Source of the DNA: Macrostomum lignano
Taxonomy: Eukaryota
Direction: 5' to 3'
DNA length: 64,000 nucleotides
NCBI GenBank assembly: GCA_002269645.1
Contig: NIVC01000003.1
Location: forward strand, 186,001 to 250,000
Below are positions 46,501 to 59,300 of the stretch, in pieces. Position 1 is the stretch's first letter. Each line of letters starts with the position of its first letter. A program made the translations under genes and the position numbers. The notes below the pieces were generated by a model. It was not told where the DNA came from, ran no database searches, and saw only the letters and a program-made list of their open reading frames with translations.

Positions 46501-49500
46501 CGGCCAGATTGCCTTGCCTGTCGCGGGGCTGAAATTTCTTCAAATCTCTGACTTCATCGCTTCATGATCGCGGCGCAGGAAAGCGACAGTCGCTGGGGCA
46601 TTCTTCTTCTTCAATTTCTTCTATTTTCTTTTCATCTGCCCGACGCCGAAAGCAGAAATTCTTTTCATTGGCTATGCAGCAGCCAGGCGGGCGTGCCGAT
46701 CCGTCCGCCACGGGGGCGCTCGGGGGCTGCGTAAAAAGAATAACAAAAACAGAAGCAGACCGACAGAGAAAGACAGGCGCGTCGCCGCCACCGCGGGCTG
46801 GACCGCTTACTTGGCGAACTTTTCCAAGCGCTCTCTTGAACTGGCATCATCCAGGTTGTCGAGTCAAGTGGTCCCTTGCGTATTTTTCCACTACAAAGGT
46901 GTTTTCTTACGCAGATTCTCTGCGCTAACTTCACACACAGAACTGCCAAGTGGGATCTTTGAACTTTTTGTTAGCTTAGAACAGAGCCGGGTCAGTAAAC
47001 TTTTTATAACTCAAGGACCAGATAGAGAATCCAGCTCATGGCCGCGGCCCAGTTGAGAGAGGAAACGAGAGGGAACAGAGGAGAGATAAGAGAGGTGATG
47101 AGATGAGAGATGAATTGGGATATGAAAGGAGAGGAAAGTAGATGAGGGGAGAGAGTAGAGGGGAGAGAAGGAAGAAGAGAGGAAAGAGAGCTGAGACGAG
47201 ATGGAAACCCTGATCGGGCCCGGATTGCTATTGTGAATGAAGTCTGAAAGGACCCGAAGGCCGGATAGAGAGGCTTTGCGGGCCGCAGTTTGACTTAAAA
47301 GGTTCTCGTAGTTTCTGGTTAAGGACCGAATATTCGAGGGGTCTTCATCCACTGCAGGGGTCTGTGAGATCGGCCTTGCCAGTTTATTCTGCTTTGCTGC
47401 TGCTGCCTCTTGTAGCGCCTCGGGGGCCGCATTGTAGCGCAGTCTCTGATGGGCTCGGGTTTCCCACACGGCTCAGAGCCGTGTAGCGACCTGCTCACTG
47501 CTCACTCCCCCTCCTCTATTCCCCATCCAGGAGAGCAGAAGACATGCTTTGTGCTCAGCAACAGGCAGTGTTTTACATCGAGCTGTTTGCTCAAATCCTT
47601 AACTGATTGCCGCTGAGCAGATGCACTTGCCTGATCTGCTGTCCTGATCTTGTCTCATTCTCGATTCTTCCTGATGCTCAGGGATTTGATGTAAACAGTG
47701 GTTACTATGGCAACCGCGCTGCAGTGCTGACTAGGCCATGTCTCTCTCCCTCACTTGAGTCTGAGCATATTCTTAGTCGCTTCGTCTTATTTTTACCCAG
47801 CTGACAAATGTCTAGTCTCTCACCTGATGCCCCAATCGTCTCAATGTCTAGTCTCTCACCTGATGCCCTCAATTGCAATGACTAGTCTCTTACCTGATGC
47901 CCTCAATTGCAATGTCTAGTCTCTTACCTGATGCCCCAATTGCAATGACTAGTCTCTTATCTGATGCCCCAATTGCAATGTCTAGTCTCTCACCTGATGC
48001 CCTCAATTGCAATGACTAGTCTCTTACCTGATTCCCTCAATTGCAATGTCTAATCTCTTATCTGATGCCCCAATTGCAATGTCTAGTCTCTTACCTGATG
48101 CCTCAATTGCAATGTCTAGTCTCTTACCTGATGCCCTCAATTGCAATGTCTAGTCTCTCACCTGATGCCCCAATTGCAATGACTAGTATCTTATCTGATG
48201 CCCCAATTGCAATGTCTAGTCTCTCACCTGATGCCATCAATTGCAATGACTAGTCTCTTACCTGATGCCTCAATTGCAATGTCTAGTCTCTCACCTGATG
48301 CCCTCAATTGCAATGACTAGTCTCTCACCTGATGCCCTCAATTGCAATGACTAGTCTCTTACCTGATGCCCCAATTGCAATGTCTAGTCTCTTACCTGAT
48401 GCCCCAATTGCAATGTCTAGTCTCTTACCTGATGCCCCAATTGCAATGACTAGTCTCTTATCTGATGCCCCAATTGCAATGTCTAGTCTCTTATCTGATG
48501 CCCCAATTGCAATGTCTAGTCTCTTACCTGATGCCCCAATTGCAATGTCTAGTCTCTCACCTGATGCCCCAATTGCAATGTCTAGTCTCTTACCTGATGC
48601 CCCAATTGCAATGTCTAGTCTCTTACCTGATGCCCCAATTGCAATGTCTAGTCTCTCACCTGATGCCCCAATTGCAATGTCTAGTCTCTCACCTGATGCC
48701 CCAATTGCAATGTCTAGTCTCTTACCTGATGCCCCAATTGCAATGTCTAGTCTCTCACCTGATGCCCCAATTGCAATGTCTAGTCTCTCACCTGATGCCC
48801 CAATTGCAATGTCTAGTCTCTCACCTGATGCCCCAATTGCAATGTCTAGTCTCTCGCCTGATGCCCCAATTGCAATGTCTAGTCTCTCACCTGATGCCCC
48901 AATTGCAATGTCTAGTCTCTTACCTGATGCCCCAATTGCAATGTCTAGTCTCTCAACGAGGAATTCAACAAGTCAACTGTCTAAGCTGTACTTTTATTCG
49001 ACTTCCCTGTCGCAGTCGGCCGCCTACTCCGGCCTCATCGACCGGCTGATCTTCCTGCGGCCGGACTGGACAGCGGACCCGGAGCTGTCCGCCAACCAGC
49101 TCCGGCGGGTTGCCAGTGAAGTCCGCAGCCACATGCTGGCTGGCCGCCTCCCCGAGCTGCTCAGTCTGTCCTTCCTCAGGGACTCCTGGCTGAGCGGAGT
49201 TCGGCCCTGCGTGTGCCTTTCCGCGGTGTCGTCAGACGCTGATAACTCATCGTTCGAGCTGGACTCTTGCCGCCTGCGGATGGACGTTGAGCTGCTGCGC
49301 AACCAGTCTGAGTTCGCCAGCTGCTCCGGGGACAAGGCGGCGCTGCGGCTTCGAGCGCTAAGTGCTCAACTAAGCTGGACAGAGTCGGGCCGGGGTTCGA
49401 ATCTGCTCGCTCAGTCAGGCCTGCTGAAATCCGGCCAGTTCATCCTTGATATTGATCTGGACTTTCTGGCTGTGCAGCTGCCCTCTTGGCCGCTCTACTT

Positions 49501-51464
49501 GGCTCTGGGTGAGCGGTTCTCCCCCAGTCTCATCTGGAATCTCCCCCAGTCACCTCTGGAATCTCTCCCAGTCTCCTCTGGAATCTCCCCAGTCTCCTCT
49601 GGAATCTCCCCCAGTCTCCTCTGGAATCTCCCCCAGTCTCATCTGGAATCTCTCCCAGTCTCATCTGGAATCTCTCCCAGTCTCATCTGGAATCTCCCCC
49701 AGTTTCATCTGGAATCTCTCCCAGTTTCATCTGGAATCTCTCCCAGTCTCATCTGGAATCCCTCCCAGTCTCATCTGGAATCTCTCCCAGTCTCATCTGG
49801 AATCTCTCCCAGTCTCATCTGGAATCTCTCCCAGTCTCATCTGGAATCTCCCCCAGTCTCATCTGGAATCTCTCCCAGTCTCCTCTGGAATCTCCCCCAG
49901 TTTCATCTGGAATCTCTCCCAGTTTCATCTGGAATCTCTCCCAGTCTCATCTGGAATCTCCCCTAGTTTCATCTGGAATCTCTCCCAGTCTCATCTGGAA
50001 TCTCCCCCAGTCTCCTCTGGAATCCCTCCCAGTCTCCTCTGGAATCTCCCCCAGTCCCATCTGGAATCTCTCTCAGTCTCTTCTGGAATCTCCCCAGTCT
50101 CCTATGGAATATCTTCCAGTCTCATCTGGAATCTCTCCCAGTCTCCTCTGGAATCTCCCCCAGTCTCATCTGGAATCTCTCCCAGTCCCATCTGGAATCT
50201 CCCCCAGTCTCACAGTCTCATCTGGAATCTCTCACAGTCTCATCTGGAATCTCCCCCAGTTTCATCTGGAATCTCCCCCAGTCACCTCTGGAATCTCTCC
50301 CAGTCTCTCCTGTTTTGCTAGAGCTGCAACCGCAAAACCCCCTACTCCCGTGAACACTAACCAAGGCAACTCGAGCTCCAAGTTCGAGTCTGCGATGCGC
50401 TGGACGGAGCAGCTCGCCGACCTCCTGCTGTGCCCGACAGGCGACCAAGACGAAGCCGCTGGCAACGCCGCCTTCGTCGCCATGCTGAACGGACTGGCGG
50501 AAAACTGCGGCGAGCCGTGCGACATCGACGGCTGGACGGACGAACAGCTGAACAGCTTTGTTCTGGCGCCTGCGGCCGCCGTTGGACCCGGGGTGAGGAG
50601 CTGCAGCTATGGGATTGAGATTCGATTCATTGGCGAGGGGTGAGATTCGATTCATTGGCGAGGGGTGAGATTCGACTCATTGGCGAGGGGTGAGATTCGA
50701 TTTATTGGCAAGGGGTGAGATTCGCTAAGATGACTTGCGATTAGACGAGGGTGGAGTTGATGATTTGGGGTGAGATTCCCACGTAAGATTAGATACTTGG
50801 CTGTGAGATTCGATGATTCAAAGTGAGATTCGTGAGATCTTGTGTGAGACCCGATGATTCAGAGTTGAAGTTCGGAATTGGAAGCGAGATTGACAGTTAT
50901 GCGTTGAGATTCCGGGAGAGAGGACTCGAGCTCACGAAATCCCAATTTCCTGCTTCCCAGACCCGCCGCCTGCTCTGTCCCCGTGAGCGGGACGACCGCG
51001 ACAGCTTCTTCAGCAGCCTGCGGTTCCGCCTGCGCCCGCTGGCCCACCTTGGCGCCGCCGCCCTGGCCGCCCTGCGCCGCCTCGGCCTCTGCTTCGCCGG
51101 CTCGCCATGGAATCGCCAAATTGTCGCCCGGTCGCCGATGCCGCTTGCGGCGCCGCCTTCCCGACCGCAGTTTCGCCTCTGCGTCGGCGCCAATCTGCCG
51201 TTTGAGAGCGCCGTGGTCGAGTCTCCGGGACCGGCTGGGACCGGCGTCGCCAAAGGGCTGCGTCAACTCGGCGACTTCCTCGGCAGCCTGGGCGCGGCCG
51301 GCCTTCGTCCGCGGCTGGTCACGGTGGCCCGGTCCGGCCGGGACGGCTACGCGCCCAGGGCGTTGCTGGGCAACCTGACCGACAGCGTGGTTGGCCTCCT
51401 GCGCTCCGCCTTCAGCCTGCCGGCCGAGTCCGTTGTCATGGACGCCTTTCTCTACCGGCCTTGA
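40533..51464 (+). CDS. UPF0489/C5orf22-like protein (ureohydrolase/arginase-like fold) with N-terminal hydrophobic segment; start codon unresolved
   Basis: Exons 40533-40737, 42313-42500, 49016-49508, ~50324 or 50366-50592, 50961-51464 (TGA). Joined peptides PIVYVVEEHQE|ALLKW, LLHIDAHSDM, RNDEFIM|SAAYSGLIDRLIFLRPDW, FILDIDLDFL, PRLVTVARSGRDGYAP match UPF0489 motifs as I recall them. Confidence 0.75.
40817..42135. repeat. Compound 24/15/12-bp minisatellite CTCAATCACTAAGTCTCTCATGAA
   Basis: Mixed unit lengths filling intron 40738-42312. Confidence 0.94.
42756..44180. mobile_element. Putative non-autonomous (MITE-like) element carrying an expanded 21-bp satellite
   Basis: The start GCAGGGGCGTCACCATGGTTTTTATGGTGGG..CAAAGC recurs inverted at 54267-54314. 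The end has GGGGACATGTCCCCCTGTCCCCTGC. Satellite plus flank recurs at 17545-17700. No TSD found. Confidence 0.45.
42868..44050. repeat. 21-bp minisatellite TTTTAGCGCCGCAGGCACTCA
   Basis: Over 50 units; 7-aa periodic shadow ORF (KMSACGA). Confidence 0.96.
45022..46200. repeat. 45-bp minisatellite GAGGGTCATTGGGTGTCAG(A/G)TGAGTGACAAATCTATAGTGTCTGC
   Basis: 15-aa periodic shadow ORF at 45212-45832. Confidence 0.95.
47805..48955. repeat. 33-bp minisatellite ATGTCTAGTCTCTTACCTGATGCCCCAATTGCA
   Basis: 11-aa periodic shadow ORF; ends ~60 nt before the 49016 acceptor. Confidence 0.95.
49515..50310. repeat. 21/22-bp pyrimidine-rich minisatellite TCCCAGTCTCATCTGGAATCTC
   Basis: Fills almost the whole intron starting at 49509. 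Confidence 0.95.
50615..50725. repeat. 25-bp short tandem repeat TGAGATTCGATTCATTGGCGAGGGG
   Basis: About 4 copies after the 50592 donor. Confidence 0.85.
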
Positions 51465-51689
51465 GCCGCTTCTCAGCTGGTTGCTATGCAAGATTTAAAC
51501 AGTGTTGTTAAATGCGCTGACTGCTCTGCTGGCAACTGGGTTGATGCCTGAAATAGATGATCGGGGTGAGATTAGATTGGGCTGTTGGAAATTGGAGTAT
51601 AAGGATAAGTTGAAAAAGGTGAGGCTTAAATTTTTTTAGATTATCTGAATGAGTTTATGTTGACGTATCTAATTGGATGATTAAGTGAG

Positions 51690-52180
51690 ATTAGATCAGA
51701 AGGATGAGAGTAGATCAGAAGAATGAGAGTAGATCAGAAGGATGAGGGTAGATCAGAAGGATGAGAGTAGAGCAGAAGGATGAGAGTAGAGCAGAGAGAT
51801 GAGAGTAGGTCAGAAGGATGAGGGTAGATCAGAAGGATGAGAGTAGAGCAGAGAGATGAGAGTAGGTCAGAAGGATGAGAGTAGATCACAAAGAGGAGAG
51901 AAGATCACAAGGATGAGAGTAGATCATAAGGATGAGAGTAGATCGCAAGGATAAGTGGAACAGAGGGATGAGAGTAGATCAGAGGAATGTGAATAGATCA
52001 GAGGGATGAGAGTAGATCACAAGGATGAGAGTAGATCACAAGGATAAGTGGAACAGAGGGATGAGAGTAGATCAGAGGAATGAGAATAGATCAGAGGGAT
52101 GAGAGTAGATCAGATCAGAGGGATGAGAGTAGACCAGAAGGATGAGAGTAGATCAGAAGATCTAGAGTAGATCCGATAGA
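51690..52180. repeat. ~19-bp purine-rich minisatellite GATCAGAAGGATGAGAGTA
   Basis: Degenerate tandem units. Confidence 0.9.
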
Positions 52181-52809
52181 TGAGATGTACCAAAAAGGCT
52201 GATATTTGACATTTTAGATTTTTAAGTCGGTCAACTAACGAGGTTCATTTTTAGTATATAGAAGTTTTCAATTTTTCATTAATCTCATTTGTTTTCTATC
52301 ACCTCTCACTGTAGGTATTTTCTTTCTGAGCCTTCAGAGACAGCTCAGCATTTAATCAGCTTTATTCATTCTGTTTTGCCTTCCGTGCTACTCCTAGTGC
52401 TTACTTAGCTCTGCTGTTTAGCACTGAATATTAACTCATAGTCTGGCAATTGTCGATGACAATGGCAGCTTTTTCCCAGCCCGTTGATTTGCCTGCAATT
52501 CTGTCGCATTCTTAGTCTGTGCGCTGCCAGTCAGGGCACAAAAAACATCCGTCAAAACTGACGACCGAGAATTAAAAACGCAATATTTTGTACTTTTATT
52601 TGCTTTATCTTTTTTTCTAAGCCGGCTTCGTTGATTCTCGACATCTGGCTAAGGGGCCGCTCGATAATCCGCTTGCCTTCTAGTTAATCCGCCTGCGCTG
52701 AGTTAACCTTCAATCGCTGATTGGGCTCGGATTAGCAAACTGCTGCCCGCATGACAGCGTGGGAGTCGCCTCTGCGGGTTGCTGCGGCCTCTGTTTGCTC
52801 TGACTGGCA

Positions 52810-53490
52810 GGCTGACAGACAGGCTGACCTGACAGACAGGCTGACCTGACAGACAGGCTGACCTGACAGACAGGCTGACCTGACAGACAGGCTGACCTGA
52901 CAGACAGGCTGACCTGACAGACAGGCTGACCTGACAGACAGGCTGACCTGACAGACAGGCTGACCTGACAGACAGGCTAATCTGACAGACAGGCTGACCT
53001 GACAGACAGGCTAACCTGACAGATAGGCTAATCTGACAGACTGGCTGACCTGACAGACAGGCTGCCCTGACAGACTGGCTGACCTGACAGACAGACTGAC
53101 CTGACAGACTGGCTGACCTGACAGACAGACTGACCTGACAGACAGGCTGACCTGACAGACAGGCTGACCTGACAGACAGGCTGACCTGACAGACAGGCTG
53201 ACCTGACAGACAGGCTAACCTGACAGACAGGCTGACCTGACAGACAGGCTGACCTGACAGACAGGCTGACCTGACAGACAGGCTAATCTGACAGACAGGC
53301 TGACCTGACAGACAGGCTAACCTGACAGATAGGCTAATCTGACAGACTGGCTAATCTGACAGACTGGCTGACCTGACAGACTGGCTGACCTGACAGACAG
53401 GCTAATCTGACAGAGACTGACAGACGGGCTGATAGACAGACTGACGGACAGACAGGCAGGCAGACAGACAGGCAGGCAGACAGACAGACA
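52810..53490. repeat. 17-bp minisatellite ACAGACAGGCTGACCTG grading into GACA repeats
   Basis: 17 nt period. Confidence 0.93.
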
Positions 53491-55134
53491 ATTTGACTCT
53501 TAAAAAAGTACTGAAGACAGGCGGATTCAGATCAACATAAAGCAAAAAAGCAGGCCAACAACAACAAGATTGCAAGCATTGCCAGTTTTCAAACCCACAC
53601 GAATTCCTGCTTTCGCTGCTGCCTGAGCAGATTCTGCTCCCAGGCTGCTGTGGTTTCCGGCACGCAGCACCGCCTGTCTGCTTGAAGCAGCGCGCATAGA
53701 TTTTTTTGCTACTAGAAGCAAAAAAACGCGTCCCAGATTTTGGACTCTGGGTCAATCAAATGCAACCCTATGTTAGATAACTACGGCATATAGATGCATT
53801 TACAGTCTTCTACAATGCAGCTAATGGCTGATTTCATCAGTGACTGAGCCTGTGGGCTGTGTATCAGTGCAACTCCGAGCCGCATGCAAAGACAGCAAAA
53901 GAACAGGTTGCCATCCATCTGCACATTTCATCTTCCCGCGTGGACTTTGTGTTTACCGGGGGGGGGGGGGGCGCTCAGATTCCAGTGCCGAGCTTCCACA
54001 GTGTGCAGGCGACTGCAAATCGTGATTGCAGCGGTGCCGGCTGGAGATAATGGGGGACAATGGGGGACTGGGGCTGCAGGGCGGTTGTTTTAGTCAGACC
54101 GTCTGTTCTGTGTGCCCCAGCTCAAACCCATGCTTGCGAAAGCTCGCCTTGTACATGTAGCCTTAGTCTGGGTCTACCAATGCTTTATCGTACCAGCGCC
54201 AAAACTATTGCTAACAACACCGATTCCTAAAACAATGTAGGAACTTATCGTCACGAAGAATTCCTAGCTTTGCCCCCCCCCCCACCATAAAATCCATGGC
54301 AATTACGCCCCTGCGGTCAGCACTGGACTACTGGGGTGATGCTTTGCGTGTAGACTGATAGACGCTGACAGACAGGCAGAGACAAACAGAAGCCATGTGT
54401 ACAAGGTAGAAAGTATGGCCGCTGTACACCCTGCAAGTTCATGTAAAGCTGCGGCGCTTGTACATGTACTGTACATGTAGCAGAACTGTCTCGTGCTGTT
54501 GAGCTGCGGACAATCGCATCGAAACGATTAAACAGGCAAAATGTTTTCTTGGAAATTCTCTATAGTAGGCCTGCGCATTCATTTGGACATTCCATGCTTG
54601 ATCAGCGCCCGCACTCTCCCGCTCCTTCAGCCTGTCCAAGTGGCGCCAGGACTGTCCGTTCAGAATAGTTGAACATGCGGCTCCCGATATCAGTTGTGAA
54701 GAGGCGGGCCGGGCCGGGCTGCTGCCGCGGCTGCAAAGTGGCGACATGGCGCTGCTCCCCTGCAGTAGGTGGAAATTTTTAGCCCGACTGAAAGCGCGGC
54801 TTCCCAACTGCGGGCGAACATTTCCCCTCTCTCCCTCCATTTTGGCCAACCCAAGCGAGCAGAGAAAAACAAATGGGAATCTTCTTGACCCTCTTGAAAT
54901 CTATGGAGCGAGATTTGCTGAATTCGGGCATGCAGCACTAGCTGTCTGGATTGGAAACCCGAGCTAGATTGGCACTTGACGGCAGTTGCCGAGCCGCGTG
55001 GATTCACCAGGGTTCTGCCTGGCTTATCAAGTTGAATATAGGTGGCTGCGGCCTGAAGAGCTGACGTGAGCATTGTTGAACTGGGAAAAACTGAGAAAGA
55101 CTGAACTTTATATTAGCTTTTTTGCCTTTGAGAG

Positions 55135-56390
<1,256 letters not shown>

Positions 56391-59300
56391 CAGCCACAGA
56401 TCTCAGTCAAGCCCTTGCTTGATCCCTGTAGAAATGAGACATCCTGGGATCATAGATCCGGAGAGGATCGCCAGCTGCCGCCCCGCACCCGAGCGCTCCC
56501 CTCCTGCTTGCAAATGAGGCCCCTTTGGCTGCTGCGTCTAAAGCGAAGGGCAATAGAAATGCAAATTTTCTGCGCAATCCGCGGCAGAAATGAGTCCGGG
56601 GCAGGAACTGGGAGATGAAGCTGAGCAGAGCAGATTGACTCCGAGTCAACAACACGGAGAAAGTGTGATATTTGAGTAGACTCTGCTTAGAAGCCGAAGA
56701 AGCTGACAATAACTACTTTGCTGCTTTTATTAAATCCTTTTAATGAGGAATTCCAGCTCCAACCTTGTCTGTTCCAGACTCTTGAGCCTGCCAGGCATGC
56801 ATTTTTAATCAGTGGAAATGTATTTCAATTAAAATTTTAACATAAATTGCGACAGTGAAGCAGTATGAGACAATAGAGATAATGTTGCAAATTTATTTTC
56901 TGTTAATTAGTTCAATGAATATAGCGTCACAAGACTAATAAAAAGGAGCGAAGCGCATGTGAATTCAAAATGGCATAACAAGCGAGTGGTAAATGAATTG
57001 GGGTCATTTTTCCGGACATTTAAAAATAGGTTAGGGTTACATTAAAAAATGGTTTACAGGTTTAAAACGCAGCATGCAGTTAAAAAAGTGAATTTAAAAA
57101 ACTTGATTCGGGCAGAAATCGCCTATATTGAGGTGGCGGGGAGATGCATGCGGGCAGGTGAATAAATTAATAGCAAAACGGACAGAGCTAGCAGCACAGG
57201 TGCGATCTGTACAGCAGTTCAAGGTGCGATCGAGTTAGCTAATGCTGTGTACTGAAAAGTTAAACAAGTGGTCGCAATAGAGGGCGATTTCATTGCTGTT
57301 GTAGTAAAAGTTTGAAATTATCAAATGGGCCTGGATTTGACCTTAATTTAATAAAAATATTTAAAGTCATTTTTTGGAATTCGAATTCAGAAAAGAGAGA
57401 CTGGGGAAAATTAGAGTACAGAAATTATTTAGGCTTAGTGCGATAAATAGATTCTTATAAAAAGTTTTTGCTCAGTTCTGAGCCGCGAAAGGTGCAACGA
57501 TAAATGACTAAGCGGAGGATTAGCTGTGGGATATGTACACACAAACACACAAAGGACAATGGCCTCTGCGCAATCCTCCGTATGGAGGAGTAGAATTTTT
57601 CAATAAAGTTTCAAAGGCAAAAAATTGTTAAAATCCTTTCTTTTTCAGTTCGAAACTAAAAATAACACCGAAGACGACAATTATTCATAATTAAAAACGG
57701 CAGTGCGAAATGGCTAAATGGCAAACTTTCACGTTAAAAACAACATATAGTAGGTAGTGAAGGGATTGAAGAAAGTGCAGAAACGACAGAAACAGGGCAT
57801 GGGAGCGGAAGATTCGCGCGTGTCGCCACAGAGACGGAAATTAAAAAATGTTGTTTGCATTCAACTTTTTAGCCTAAAAAATTACCTTTCTCCCGCATCG
57901 TAGCACAGCTATGACTGTGCAAAAATGTCGTTATTTATTTTTCCGGGTCTTATTAAAAGAGCTTCACGCAATCTGCGGACGCGTCGGCGACGGTGGCGAC
58001 TTCTTGTCGGTGGCGGCCTTTTTGCTGTCGGCTGCGGAGCCAGCGGGAAGGAGCGTGCGGGGGAGGAGGAGCGGGTGGAGGTTAGCGATGGCGGTGCAGT
58101 TTGGGCGTTGCAGTGGGAACTGACTGCATTGCGGCTACAGGTGAATGATAGTGCCAAGGACGACATATATATTCAGGTTTGGAATCCCTTGGGTAGAAAA
58201 TTCTATTTTTACGGCACAATGGAATCAGATTGAATGTTTATCTTTTATAATCCTGTTTTATTACTTCTTTGATTTTTGCAATGTTTGATTCTCTAAAGTT
58301 ACAGATTCATCTAAGCATATAAAAACCAATATTTATATTATTCATTGAACAAATCCACAACTGTCTTCTTTCTAGAAAGACTTAAAAATGGAAGACTTTT
58401 TGGAATTTAATTTTGAGAAAAAGAGATGCCGTGTAGTCAAATTTGTGACAGAGTTTTTTTCAATAATGAGTAAGAAACCTCATTTTGAATTAATAATTAT
58501 AAAAGGACCTTAAACGAGCGTAAGAAATCAAAATAAATATATTTTTTGTAATTTTGGGAAATTTTACTCAATTTTACAAACAAAGCTTCGCAGAAATCAA
58601 TGAAGCAATAAAACGGAGAGGCTTTGCTAGAAGCTGAGCTCCCAATCTGCTTCTAATTAAAAACTGTCGCTGTTTCGTGTTTTTCCGCACCTGAACCCTG
58701 CAGCCACAAAAATTTTCTAAGAAACAAATATTTCCAGTCCTTCTACTTAAGTAGTCCTTGAATAGTGCTTTGACACAGAATGCAAGTACGGTACAAAATA
58801 CAGAAGCGTTCGCATGTGCGCATGCTTTGTGAGCTGAGCTGGAGATCAAGTGTTCTTTTTCAGTTTTCAAAGAAATGAGAGCAGCTACAAATTGATTGAT
58901 TAATTTTGCGTCAGCATGTGTCAGAAAGCATGCCTGCACGAAAGCGGCCCTGGTACGCAGAGTGTGACTGACAGTTTAAACTAGGCTAAATGTGCTGAGA
59001 GCGACATGGCGCGGACACTGGACTAGACTGTATACAACAGAAAGAGTGGCTGATCCAGCCAGGCCTATGATTGCTGTTAATTCATATCAATATTCAACCG
59101 CCCGGACCCTCGGCGGCGGTTCTCTCTGGCCTTTTAGGCTGCATGAATTCACTTTGCGCAATCACAGCGCAATTGGCTGCAACAAGTCTGCATTGGCATG
59201 GTTAGGGAGGTCTGGCTCTGGCCAGGAGTGACAGGATAGGCAGAACTACCGTGACTGTGTTTGCAGTCTTGACTCCCCCCTGTCTTGAGCTGGGGATCCG

